This document shows positions 24,753 through 35,824 of a stretch of 64,000 nucleotides of DNA, piece after piece. Source of the DNA: Dicyema japonicum (lineage: Eukaryota > Animalia > Dicyemida). A program made the translations under genes and the position numbers. Positions within the stretch are counted from its first letter, which is position 1. Each line of letters starts with the position of its first letter. Under the pieces are notes generated by a model. That model was not told the DNA's origin. It did no database searches and saw nothing but the letters and a program-made list of their open reading frames with translations. The stretch covers positions 15,133 through 79,132 of the forward strand of contig RDEW01000104.1 of NCBI GenBank assembly GCA_011109175.1, in the 5' to 3' direction.

Positions 24753-26149
24753 TCTCTACTTTGGTAATGATTAATTGTGAATATTCATAATTTATTAGCA
24801 GAGTTTAGATAAACCGCAAAAATATTCGCATTAAAAAATACCACATCATAACATAATTAATTAAAAAATATATATTAATTTTTTGAAAATTTTTATTAAA
24901 TTAATATATTATATTTATATTCAAAAAACCTAAAATGAATGAAACAATATAACGAAGAAACTATTAAATTTATTTGATAGAAGGCCAGAAGTTAATCAAA
25001 AACTAAAATTTGCTTGTGAAAGCTTAAAAATCATAGAAACTCTATGTCTGATAACATCAAATCAGAATTGTTAGCGTGGCTTGTACGTTAAAATAGATAA
25101 TCTATTTAATTGTATGTTTTTGAAAACTGCACTCTGTCATTAACGACAGGACTATTGATTCACAATAGAAGACAAATAAGGGGAGGTTACTTGGAAAACT
25201 TAAGACCTGCTATTTTACGAGTTTTGGCAAAAATGTTTTGGAACTAATAAAGCCAATAAATTTTGTTTAAAAGCTAAGCGGATTTTGTTAAGGATAATTA
25301 ACCACTGAAATAGTCTGGAGTCATAGATGGATGTGCAACAGACCAAAGATACAAAATGCTGTTAGTATTCTTGGAATGCACAATCTAAAAATTCGTATTT
25401 CTTTTAGGAGACAGTGTATCATTAGAATAAATGTGTTGAATGCATAAGCTAATAAAATATTGGTTCAACTCAAATCCTTAGTGTTAAACTCATGAGAGAG
25501 TGGTACTACTCCTTCGGTTAAGCCGATATAAACTATGACTTGGTAGTTGAAACAACTGATGATTCCCTTCTTGTTTGGATGTACGAAATGATGGATTCAG
25601 GAGAAATAGGATACTAAAAATTTCGAATTGATGGATCGCTATACTGCTTTTGATTCGAATCTTGTTTGGTACAAAATATGGGGGAACTTGGACAAGACCG
25701 CCTTAAGGAGGAACAAGGGCGTTTTATATATTGAATTGAATCTATTGATTTGTTTGTAAAGGTAGACTATTTTCTATGGATCCTAGAATTTCTAATGACA
25801 AAAATTAAATACTTTTTTAGTATTAAAGGCAATTTATCTAAAAGGAGAGCAGCTTTGAAAAAACTCAGAAAATTAAATGGTTTATGATGGCAAATGACTG
25901 CTCCAGTTGATCACCGTTGCTATTGTGGGAGGAAAGCTACAGCAATAATGACGGTGGGGATTAATAGACTGATTAAATAATCTTAATGGAAAATTAAACC
26001 CATATTATCGCTTTTCACAACAACGGATTAAAACACGAAGATAATAATCTAACAATTAAAATATAAAGAATTTGTAATAAATTATGAATGAGCTGACATG
26101 AAGCAAAAGTAGCTCGAAATTCCAAATGAACTAAATTCTATGTGTTTGC

Positions 26150-26640
26150 ATATTTTATATTATTTCTGACCACGAAGGAAACACCAAGAATGAAGGAGAT
26201 AAACCATCTAATTAAGTGATCGGCAGACTTCAACAGGATCGAGAGCTTTTTGAAGTGCTCCTCCATAGTACCCACAGCTTTTCTGACTCGACGACGTTCC
26301 TCTTTCATGAGAATTTAGAAATGCGTGGTTTTATTTTCCAATTTGAGTGTATTGGGGGCTTCTACCTCTGATGGTAGAAGCGATCGGATTCGGAGCATCA
26401 GAAAGTGAGCCGAACCATTGTTCCGGATCACTGCGTTGTCGAGTATGAAACAATGGGTGAACAGAGAAACTTGTTTCGTGGACTACTTTTGCTCTTAGGA
26501 AATTTTGGTCCTGGGTTTTTGTCAATGTCTACAGAAAGCAAGATATTCAGAAGAGCAAGAACGCCTCACATTTCGAGTTGAGGTATACCATTGAGTCGAC
26601 TGGGTGGGAAAATAATTCTTTGGGTGTCTTTCCACTGAGC
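26150..26640 (-). mobile_element. LINE 3' fragment
   Basis: Ends CCGATCAC-TTAATTAG at ~26216; similar to 34340-34700. Confidence 0.75.
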
Positions 26641-26947
26641 GCACCACATAAGGTGAACCGCCTGACTCCACGCTAACATTCTTCATACTTTACTGCAGCA
26701 GCTAAAATCAGTACGTACTAATTTAATAATGAGATCACGAGTTAATGAACTTACGTAAATTTAATTAAATTTACTAGAAAATGATTATTTTTACACAAAA
26801 ATTTAGATCATTAAAATTTTAACTTATACTATTAGTATAACATTCCACAGAACGTATTTTTCAACTTCAGTTCAAATATTTAATATTTTAAAAATTAATA
26901 AAAATATAAATAATGTGATAAAAATTAAATAGATAACAATATTATTC

Positions 26948-29900
26948 ATGTCATCTGATAAGGCTCTGGGAAGTGTAATTTCTTTCCAAAAGTACCAGAT
27001 TAAACTATCTAAAGTAATCGCTCAGGGTAACTACTTGCTTTGGACAATTTTAGGGGGGTTTGGGGTTGTGTACTGCGGAGTAGACGTGAATACCAAAGAG
27101 AAATATGCTGTGAAGGTAAGTTGACCTATTTTACTGCCAGCGACTTATCACGACTCCATCAAGGAAGGAGGTGATCAAGAGAGAGGTCTTCTTTTCTGTT
27201 GTAACTTTATTTTGACTTTTTTAGCGACAGTTTGGGGACAGTCCTAATATTGTGAGGATGTATGAAGCCTGTGAGACCAAAATCGGTGGAATTAATCAAG
27301 TTTTCCTTATAAATGAACTCTGCTCTGGTTTTTTGAATTTTTAGGTTAGGTGGCACAATTTTGCAATACCTCAATTCAAATGGACGTTTTTCAGAGCAGG
27401 AGATAGCTTATATTTATATCCGTTTATTACAGGCTGTCAGTGTACTCCACAATTTTAATCCCCCGGTCATTCATCGAGACTTAAAGGTGGTGGAGTTTAT
27501 AATTTATAGATTGAAAATATTTTGGTCACAAAAAACGGGGAAATTAGGCTCTGTGACTTTGGAAGTGCCACCAATCAGTTCTATGATCTCTCCGATTACT
27601 CAGTACAGCAGATTAATTCCCTAGAAGATGAGGTTTGTAATTTCTTAGCAATAGATTGCTGAATTTACCACCCCACTGTACCGTTCCCCTGAAATGGCTG
27701 ATCTCTTCCAAAGAGGAGTCCTGGGATTGGGACAGGACACTTGGGTGAGCTTTCTCAGTTAAAATAGGCCCTTGGCTGTGTTCTTTACTGTTTTTGTTTC
27801 GGTCAACTTCCCTTCGTCTCCCCATTGGCTATCACCCGGATCAACTATACTCTGCCTGACCACCTTTTTTCTCCCCTCATCGGGAAGATTTTTGTACTTC
27901 TCCCAAGACCCTCAGTGTCTGAGATAACAGCCAGTTTTCTGGAAATTACAAAGCAATTCGATTTAAACCGCACGCCTGGCTTTTTAATCGAACAAAGAAA
28001 AGGTTATTTATTATAGCCAAGTCGTTTAGGCCGCATTAATTTCATGAGCAAGGCTAAGGACCAGTTGGAGCAACTGGGGGGCTCTATTCGCACAAACCTA
28101 AAGGACTATTCAAGCAAAATTGTCTCCAATTCAAACACAGAGACCTGCAAAATCGAAACGAAAGCAGTTACTTCCCGCATAATGGGTTTATCCCCCATAT
28201 AATCATAGTGTTCACATCTAGTGATGTGGATAAATCTACAATGAGTGAATGCGAGAAAATGATTGATGCCTTGAAAGCTAAAAATCAAGTTATTTTCGTC
28301 AATTTTCCCTCCACGTCAAATAAATTAGCAAATGTTTGAATTTCCCTCTTAAATTAGACCGCTGATATAACGTGGTTCAGACGCAGTGGTGATACCCTAT
28401 ATAACACATTGACCACGCTTTCTAGTGTCCACAAACGAATGATTTCTTCTCCCAACGTTATGTGCGTCCTTTATGGCAGAGTATTTGTCCTCAATAATTG
28501 GCAGCAACAAAGCTCCCCTCTCCACTTTTTTACATGTGCTTTGCTCATTTACTGTCGTCTGTTTGACAATGTCGAGGACGTCAATGAGTTTGTCTCCAAT
28601 AAGAAGGGTCCTGTGGTTCTCTCCGACCTCGAACGCGGGTTGTTTACTCTGATTATCCCTTAGACTCTTAAATTACATTGCTAGGATAATTTGCGACGCC
28701 GAAAAGTTCTCTTCTCATTACGACTGGCAGATCATTGAAGTGACTTTGACTCACTTACCAAAGCCGTATGATTTGGGTCATTTCAGTGCCTGCAAGTTAT
28801 ATATGAAGATCCTTGTCGACAATAAACGAGCATTTCCCAGTAACCAGTCGACCTGTCCGATTCCCTCGTCCAGCAAGGTGGAGGTCGACATTTCTGTACG
28901 TGGAGTCATCAAACTGGAAGTGTATTACCTATCGAAAGAACAAAATGTAACTTAAAATTAAAATTTCGCCAGATTTTGCCGCTCTTTTACCTTTTGTTGA
29001 ATACGGAAAAGCTGAAGAGTAACGTTACTTTCCACCGTTTTTCCAGGTTTCCGTCGCCGTGATTTAATTTAGGAATCACGTTAAATTTTCCGACTCAACT
29101 GCTCTCAGATTCGACAACTTTGAAGTCGTTTTGAAGATGACTCCGAGTGACAATGGACTGTCCTTCATAGACAATCGTTGGAGGGAAATTTCCACTAATT
29201 CTCTCTTCCCCTCCGCTGTTACTTCCTCCACTAATGAGATTTCCGTCATCTCTGACAACTTTAGTTGGATTTTCCTTAATTCGCAGATATTTCTGAATTA
29301 TCGAAAAAGCTTATAAGCAAGGAGTCGCCTGAAACAACGAACCCCAAACTAAAAAGGAAACCATCCCTTAAGACTGCTCCAAAGTCCGAAAAACCCATGA
29401 CTGAAGTTCTCTAGTAGTCCTAATTTGACAGGCTCAGCAAAATTTGTTTTCTTTTGAAGAACCGAATATTTCTGATGCGAAAGATGACTTGACTGAGTCA
29501 AAGAAAACTAGTGGAGATTTATTTAGCTTCCATAACGACAACGAAAGGACAAATATTTTTCAGGGAGACAAAAATGAGGACTTTTTACTTGACTTTGACG
29601 ACAAAGCCCAGCCTTTTCCTTTGCTAGTAGATCCCGTCATTTCGAATCCCGAGGAGGACCTCTTCAACATCCAAGGGAATAAACATCAGGATCTTTTCAA
29701 TTTCCAGCAGAATGAAGACTGGGATCCGGGTAACTTCCAACAAGATCAGAACAAGAACCCGTTTAATATTCAGAATATGCAGAATCAAGACTTGTTTGAT
29801 ATTCATGAGAATTGTAACGAGGATCTATTCAATATTAACTCGAAACAGCCTGATGACTTGTTGGATTTTCAACAAGACCATGTAGGGGACCCTTTTTATA

Positions 29901-30594
29901 TTCCTCAACCCCCAAACCAAGGCCCGTTTGATTGCCCGAATAAGAAGGATACGTTCATTGACCCCTTGGAAGGACTATCATTCTTTAAGGAACCTCAAAA
30001 AAGCCAGACTAAGGTTAGTCCCCAAAACCCGAGCCATGCTCCCTTCGAATCACAAAATACTAAGGAAAATAAAGAAAAGCCTTATCAGAGTAATATACCC
30101 ACCATGGAAGAAACCATGTTTACTGAGAAGACTCGGAGATCCGGAGGTTTGTCTCATCAAATGAGCTTAGCTTTTGATGATGTACTTGGTGGCTTCAAAA
30201 TGGACTCGTCGGTTCCGCCTCCTTCTCCACCAGTTCAAAAATCGATGAGGGAGTTGAAAGAGAGTGGTGCTGATCAGTCGTCTGCCACCCGGAAACGAGT
30301 AATAATTATGATGTATTCGAGGTAGCCCAATGGGCTCATGGAAAAGGGAAGAATATTCGTTTACTGTTGTCCACTCTTGGAGATGCTTTATGGGAGGATG
30401 CGCCATGGACTCCAGTCACGATGGGACATTTGATTACAGCTAATGATGTAAAGAAAGTGTATCGTCGTGCAGTTTTGGTGGTTCATCCAGACAAAATGAA
30501 ATCTGGGAAAACCGAGGAATTTGCTTCTCTGATATATTCAGAACTTAGTGAGGCCTGGTCATTGTTCACATCAACTGGAATGAAGGACCTATAA
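26948..30594 (+). CDS. GAK: Cyclin G-associated kinase / auxilin-2 (NAK kinase, PTEN-like, C2, clathrin-binding region, J domain), ~18 introns
   Basis: VIAQGGFGVVY, HRDLKIEN, LCDFGSA, TTPLYRSPEM, CALLIYCRLF, C-terminal KNIRLLLSTL..LW...VKKVYRRAVLVVHPDK J domain. Confidence 0.93.
29654..29950 (+). repeat. 33-bp (11-aa) coding tandem repeat, 9 units, in the GAK linker
   Basis: EDLFNIQGNKH/QDLFNFQQNED/WDPGNFQQDQN/KNPFNIQNMQN/QDLFDIHENCN/EDLFNINSKQP/DDLLDFQQDHV/GDPFYIPQPPN/QGPFDCPNKKD. Confidence 0.85.
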
Positions 30595-30769
30595 TATTTA
30601 TATTTGTTAGGATATACTATAAATTAATATTTTAAGTATTTTTTATTTTAAATTTTTATTGTAAAATTTAATATTAATTTCTTAGTAGTTTTACATAAAA
30701 AGCTTATCGAGAATATGGAAGGCCGATACTCATCTAGTTATGAGAAACATGTATAGGTAGTACATTTAG

Positions 30770-30990
30770 TCATGTTTCTCATGTGCATGCGCCTCGTGGA
30801 GACCTTCCATATCTTGGACGAATATGAGAAAGATTGAGGAAATGCAAAATAGGGTGTTCAGAGTTCCGGAGCGGTGGATTTGTAGTGAATATCGATCCAG
30901 ACCTATTCCTCTAGAAGCTCTTATGCAACTGGACTTGTGGATGTGACGCTGCGTCCCCGTTAATTAGGTTAGCTGCCCAGTACGAACAGC
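30770..30990 (+). mobile_element. LINE C-terminal fragment
   Basis: TTCTCATxTGCATGCGCCTCGTGG..ACC..ATATCTTGGA shared with 45640-45750 and 51350-51430. Confidence 0.75.
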
Positions 30991-31777
30991 GGTCAAGATG
31001 AGGACTTGACTATTTTTCATTTAATTTGTTAAAAATTCTAATTTTCCAGTAATATTTGCCGATTCTCTAATTGGTCAATATTTTTTTAGTAATTCCGAAG
31101 CAATACAAAATTGCTTTGAATTTAACAGATTAGAAAATGAATGAATTTGAAACAACCCAAAAACTGATTAAAAAATGGAATTTATGATCGAATTTCATAC
31201 AGCAATTGTTAGACACTGATTACATAGAAAATAATTTATTGATAAGCAAGACCCAGCAGAAGTATATTTTGCTATCAACAGTGGAGTTAGTTAACGAACT
31301 GCTCCCTCGATAAGTTTGTCTTTGGAGAATAGCCCACACATACTTAAATGCTTGCATTAAATACTTTTTTGATATGATTAGCAAAAGGTCCGAAAATCAA
31401 CGATCTGTTTCCATTGATGAACTCGCATAGTTACTGTTTGTTTTTATGTTACATCTGAGTTGCCAATAGCCACAAAAAACTTTCTGTTTCCTTGATTCAT
31501 TCAACTATTCTTATCTGGCGATTACTGTGTTGATATGTCTCAACCGTACGGATTTTTTTATACTCGCCCGGTTCTGAGAGACATCATTTGTCAAGATCCA
31601 AGTAACCTGCTAATCCAAAAATTATTTTAATAAATTTAAATTATTAAAAAATTAATATAAATTAAAAATAAATTCAGACCAAACAGGCGACCTAAATTGT
31701 AAGCATCGACGTGTTCATTTAGAATTCAATGTTGTTGGTAGTTTTGTTGTCTTTGACCACAAAAATTACTATTGGAA

Positions 31778-32938
31778 ATGGGATATTATTTTATGGAGAT
31801 TTTTTGTTGACCTATACAAATAAAAATGTATATTATAGATAACACTAATAGACGAGTGATTTATTCACTATCAAATTATTGAGTACGTTTGGTAATAAAT
31901 CGACTTATACAGAATTATACGAAAAAAATAATATAACTTTCAACTTTTTTATCACACCTTCGAAAAAATTCTACAGCATAAAAATAAAAATTATATTCTA
32001 TCCTTGTAATTTTATATTAAACACTCAAAGACGAGAATACACTAGTCCTCCCACAAATCAATAATGAAGAATATTACAGATGTGGATGCACTTACGTCAA
32101 CTTGGGAAATTATAATCTCACAATATATTCTTTGATGATACGATATTCCAGTGTAGAATTCAATTTACAATTTTCTGGAAAAGGTTTGAATCTAATTTAG
32201 TCAAGCTTATGACTGTGATCAATCTAACGATCCGAATGTTCCTATATGGTATTTTGTGGCAGAAAATAGACTCAAAGCTGTATTAAGTGGGAATATTGAA
32301 ATCATGTTTACTAGAAATAATGTTAGCTGTAAATTTTAAATGTAGATAAAACCTTACTTATTTGTTGAACCCACAATAATGACAAAAATCGATTTCGAAA
32401 ATGATGGAATTAAGTTGTATTTCAAAAGACCTGATTTTGAAATATTTTTTACATTTAATTCGACACGAAATAAATATTATATTTCAGAAATTGGTTTTAT
32501 CTCCAAGCACTCGTATATTGGGTCTTGGTCTTGGTACCCTAACAATCAGACATATATCGACATTGAAAATTACTATAAATGTGAAATGTTAAAGTTCTCG
32601 ATTCCTGGTAAATTCTATGCGGTTTTTTCTTCATTTAAGGCTCAAATATTTCGGAATGATTCAAATTTTTCGTTATATTGGAAGTGGTTTGAATAAAGGT
32701 GATTTTAGATTCTGGGTGTTTTGCAAGTGAAGACGCTACAAGAAACACTACTTCCAGTCTCTCACAGAATTATGAAATAATTCTAAGAAATGAAAAGTCT
32801 AATCATTCAAAAAATTATAAATTTATGGGAATTACCATCACCGTTGTAGTACTTACGATTATTGGGGTCACTTGGGTTGTCTATATTAAACGTCGAAGAA
32901 ATATAATAGAGCAAATGGAAAATATACCAATGCTTTAA
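31778..32938 (+). CDS. LAMP-like type I membrane glycoprotein, paralogue of 16762-18058 (start uncertain)
   Basis: AYDCDQSNDPNVPIWYFVAENRLKAVLSGNIEI; ENYYKC...FSSFKAQIFRND...SGC; TM FMGITITVVVLTIIGVTWVVYI; tail KRRRNIIEQMENIPML. Confidence 0.65.
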
Positions 32939-33199
32939 ATTGGGTAATGTTAATTTACTCGTTACCCAGTTTTAAAAATAGTTGTTTTATTTTTTTAAAT
33001 ATTTTGATATGGTTTAAATATAAATTAAAATTTAACTTTATTGCTTTTAAAATCCGATTAATTTAAATATCATACACATAAAAGGATGGTCCTCTTAAAC
33101 ACTTCTGTTCGAATGACAAAAATTCCTTAGGGTCTAGCCTTCTAATTAACTCTCTAATTAACGAAACGAAATTGAGCCATTGCAATATATTCCTCTACT

Positions 33200-33430
33200 T
33201 TTTAAGTTTATTAACCCCGAATACACCGAGTAAGAGTTAAAAGTAAACAACTTGTTAAGAGTACACAGATTCCTCTGCTACAGAAACAGAGTACATCCGG
33301 AACCATCATAAAGGTCCATTACTTTCAGTGGTGGAAACCCAATGATTTTTTTGTGCCAGCCTGGCACTAGTGCCACATGAGACATATGGATTACATGACG
33401 CCACTCTACTAAGTAGGGAAACTGTACAAT
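33200..33430 (-). mobile_element. LINE 3' end with GGGTTAATAA tail
   Basis: Homologous to 59890-60200 (TTATTAACCCCGxATACACCGAG...ACAGAAACA; ATGGATxACATGACGCCACTCTA). Confidence 0.7.
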
Positions 33431-33439
33431 AAATAATAT

Positions 33440-34250
33440 TAATTTGATCTGTCTTCCAAACTGAAACCTGAACATCTCGGAGTAGGCGTCCGCGGCGGGT
33501 GCGCATTGGCCGCACGTTCCTTTGTGAACTATTGTAAAGAGGATAACCCTGGGATTATTTTGAAGCTGGATGTTTGCCAACGCCTTGAATTTAGTGAGGA
33601 GGGACCATCTTCTGAAAACCGTTTTGAGGAGAGCTCTAGAATTATCCACATTATGAACCTCGCATACGGTACTCCAACCCATCTCGTTATTTGTGATGAT
33701 CTCATTAAATCCTCGACTGGGATCCAATAAGGTGATCCTTTTGCTCCGTTTCTTTTGCTTTGGCATTGGATGGGGGTGCCCGTTCGTGTGTGACGACGGC
33801 TTTCAATTATAGGTATTTGGAAGATGCTACGATAGGTGGATCTTCCGAAACGGTTTTGCAATTTTTTGGAATACTTCCCATTCTTAACAGTTATGGACTC
33901 GATATTAATGCAAGTAAATCTGATTTTTTTTAATTTAGACTCTCGCAAGAAAAATTTTTTAAATCACGTAGCAGGATCATGTCTTTTCTTTCCGTGCTGT
34001 TATTAACATTTTGGAACACCAATATGTATTGAGCTCCCCCATTTCCAAAGAGATTATCCTTCGTATTTTTAACTATAACTTTCAGAGATTAATGGTGGCA
34101 TTGTTAATCGTCTTGAACTTGATCCACATACTGCGCTTTTTCTCTTGAAGAAATAATTTTTCCTCCCAAGGTTAATGTTTTTGCCACGTTCCTCTCCTTA
34201 CCACCTCTTTCTGGAAATTTCATCATCTTATTTCCAAGAATAAAGAAAAA
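33440..34250 (+). mobile_element. CRE-like reverse transcriptase fragment
   Basis: LKPEHLGVGVRGG..AARSF..IILKLD, MNLAYGTPT..SSTGIQ*GDPFAPFL, LDPHTALFLLK..LPRL. Confidence 0.85.
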
Positions 34251-34339
34251 ACCAGTATTGGCGACAATTTCTGCAACTTTTTATGAATAACAAAATTCTG
34301 AATAGATTTTGGATCTGGGCTTTAGTAAATCATCGGATT

Positions 34340-34700
34340 TTATTATTATTATTTAACCCTGATAAAGGGAACTCGAAGAAAGGAGTTAAACTAACTAATT
34401 AAGTGATCCCGGTAGAACTCAACAGGATCGAGAACTTTTTACTGGGCTCCTCCATAGTACCCACAACTATTATGAATCCGCAAATCCTCTTTCATAGGAA
34501 TTTGGAAAGGCGTGGGATTTTTTTCTTAATTTACGTGATTGGTAGAAGAGATCGGACTCAGAATCGGAGAGTCATGAAGCAGAAACCATTATTCCGGATT
34601 GCCGCGTTGTGGAGTAATGGGAAAAATAATTGAGGAAAGAAATTGGTTATGCCGACCATTTTTACTCTCTTAAATAAATTATGATTGGATTACAACATTC
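34340..34700 (-). mobile_element. LINE 3' fragment with complete 3' UTR and (TAA)n tail
   Basis: GGGATCAC-TTAATTAGTTAG...CAGGGTTAAATAATAATAA on the minus strand. Confidence 0.8.
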
Positions 34701-35824
34701 ATGAAGCAAATATTCACAATATTTTACAATCCTCGGGGAATTCCATGTCTAATTAATGTACACCTCCTTACGACCATTCAAATACTTGCTTTTAGGTTTT
34801 AAGATCTCTCAAAGGTTAAATTGTTTGTCAATGATTTCGGCAGGATTTGACTGAATTTGGGGATCTTTATAAATTTCTTATCGTCCTTTGAATTCGGGAA
34901 TCTATTATAAATTTCTTGTCCGTGAATTTGGGGATTTTTTAAATGTCTCTGTGCTTCAAGAATCATATGAATATGCTATCAACATAAGAATCAATGAACG
35001 CTTACATCCAATGGTCGTTTTGGAGGACTCTAGTAAGTATGGCGACTGAACGCAAACATGTAATAAAAGTGTAGTAGTCACGTGCAAATTACAGAATAGT
35101 GTCTTCTTAACTATTTTAGTTAAATAAATCGTAAATTAATCATATTTGTAACAAATTATAATGAATTAAGAGAACTACGAAAAAGAGGACCTTGGATGAG
35201 ACTGGTACAAGGGTCGCGGTTGAGAACCATATCTGAATTATAAAACTCGAATCATGGTGAACTCTGTGTAAAAGACAAAAACGATCGACTGACCACATCT
35301 CAATCCAAATGAGCATACGGGACTATAAAATTCCGCTTAAGTGAAGCATGACATGTAAGCACTCAAAATGAAGATATTAAATATTTAGACCAATATCTCT
35401 ACCCATCTGAGAATATCTAAAAAAGGAAGAAACATCCAGTCTTCGCGGTTGTTGGAACCCATTCATTAAAGTAGGAGATAGAAATTAATATAATAAATTT
35501 TCATCACCCTGACATAGAGAGCTAGCTAAATAGATGAAATCTCATGACATCCGTCTAATAAAACAGAGAAAAAGAACTGGAGTAAGAAGATGGAAGCTTC
35601 GACCAACTAACCAGTGGTGGATCAAATCCACAGACCACGTTAGTGATGAGACACCGTAAACACGAATAATAATTTTTAACCACTAAGCTAAGCTAGAAGT
35701 ATATTTAAAATAACGAAATATTTAAATTAAAGAATATTATTTAAAATTAATATACTAAATAAAATAATTTATTTCAAATTTAAAAATTAAATTATTCATA
35801 ATATCATTGTTTTGAATTCCTAGT

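Noticed and set aside
33278-33766. 162-aa ORF with CGQC, resembling a thioredoxin/OST3 CxxC protein
   Set aside because: It is the antisense of a CRE reverse transcriptase joined to a LINE 3' end.
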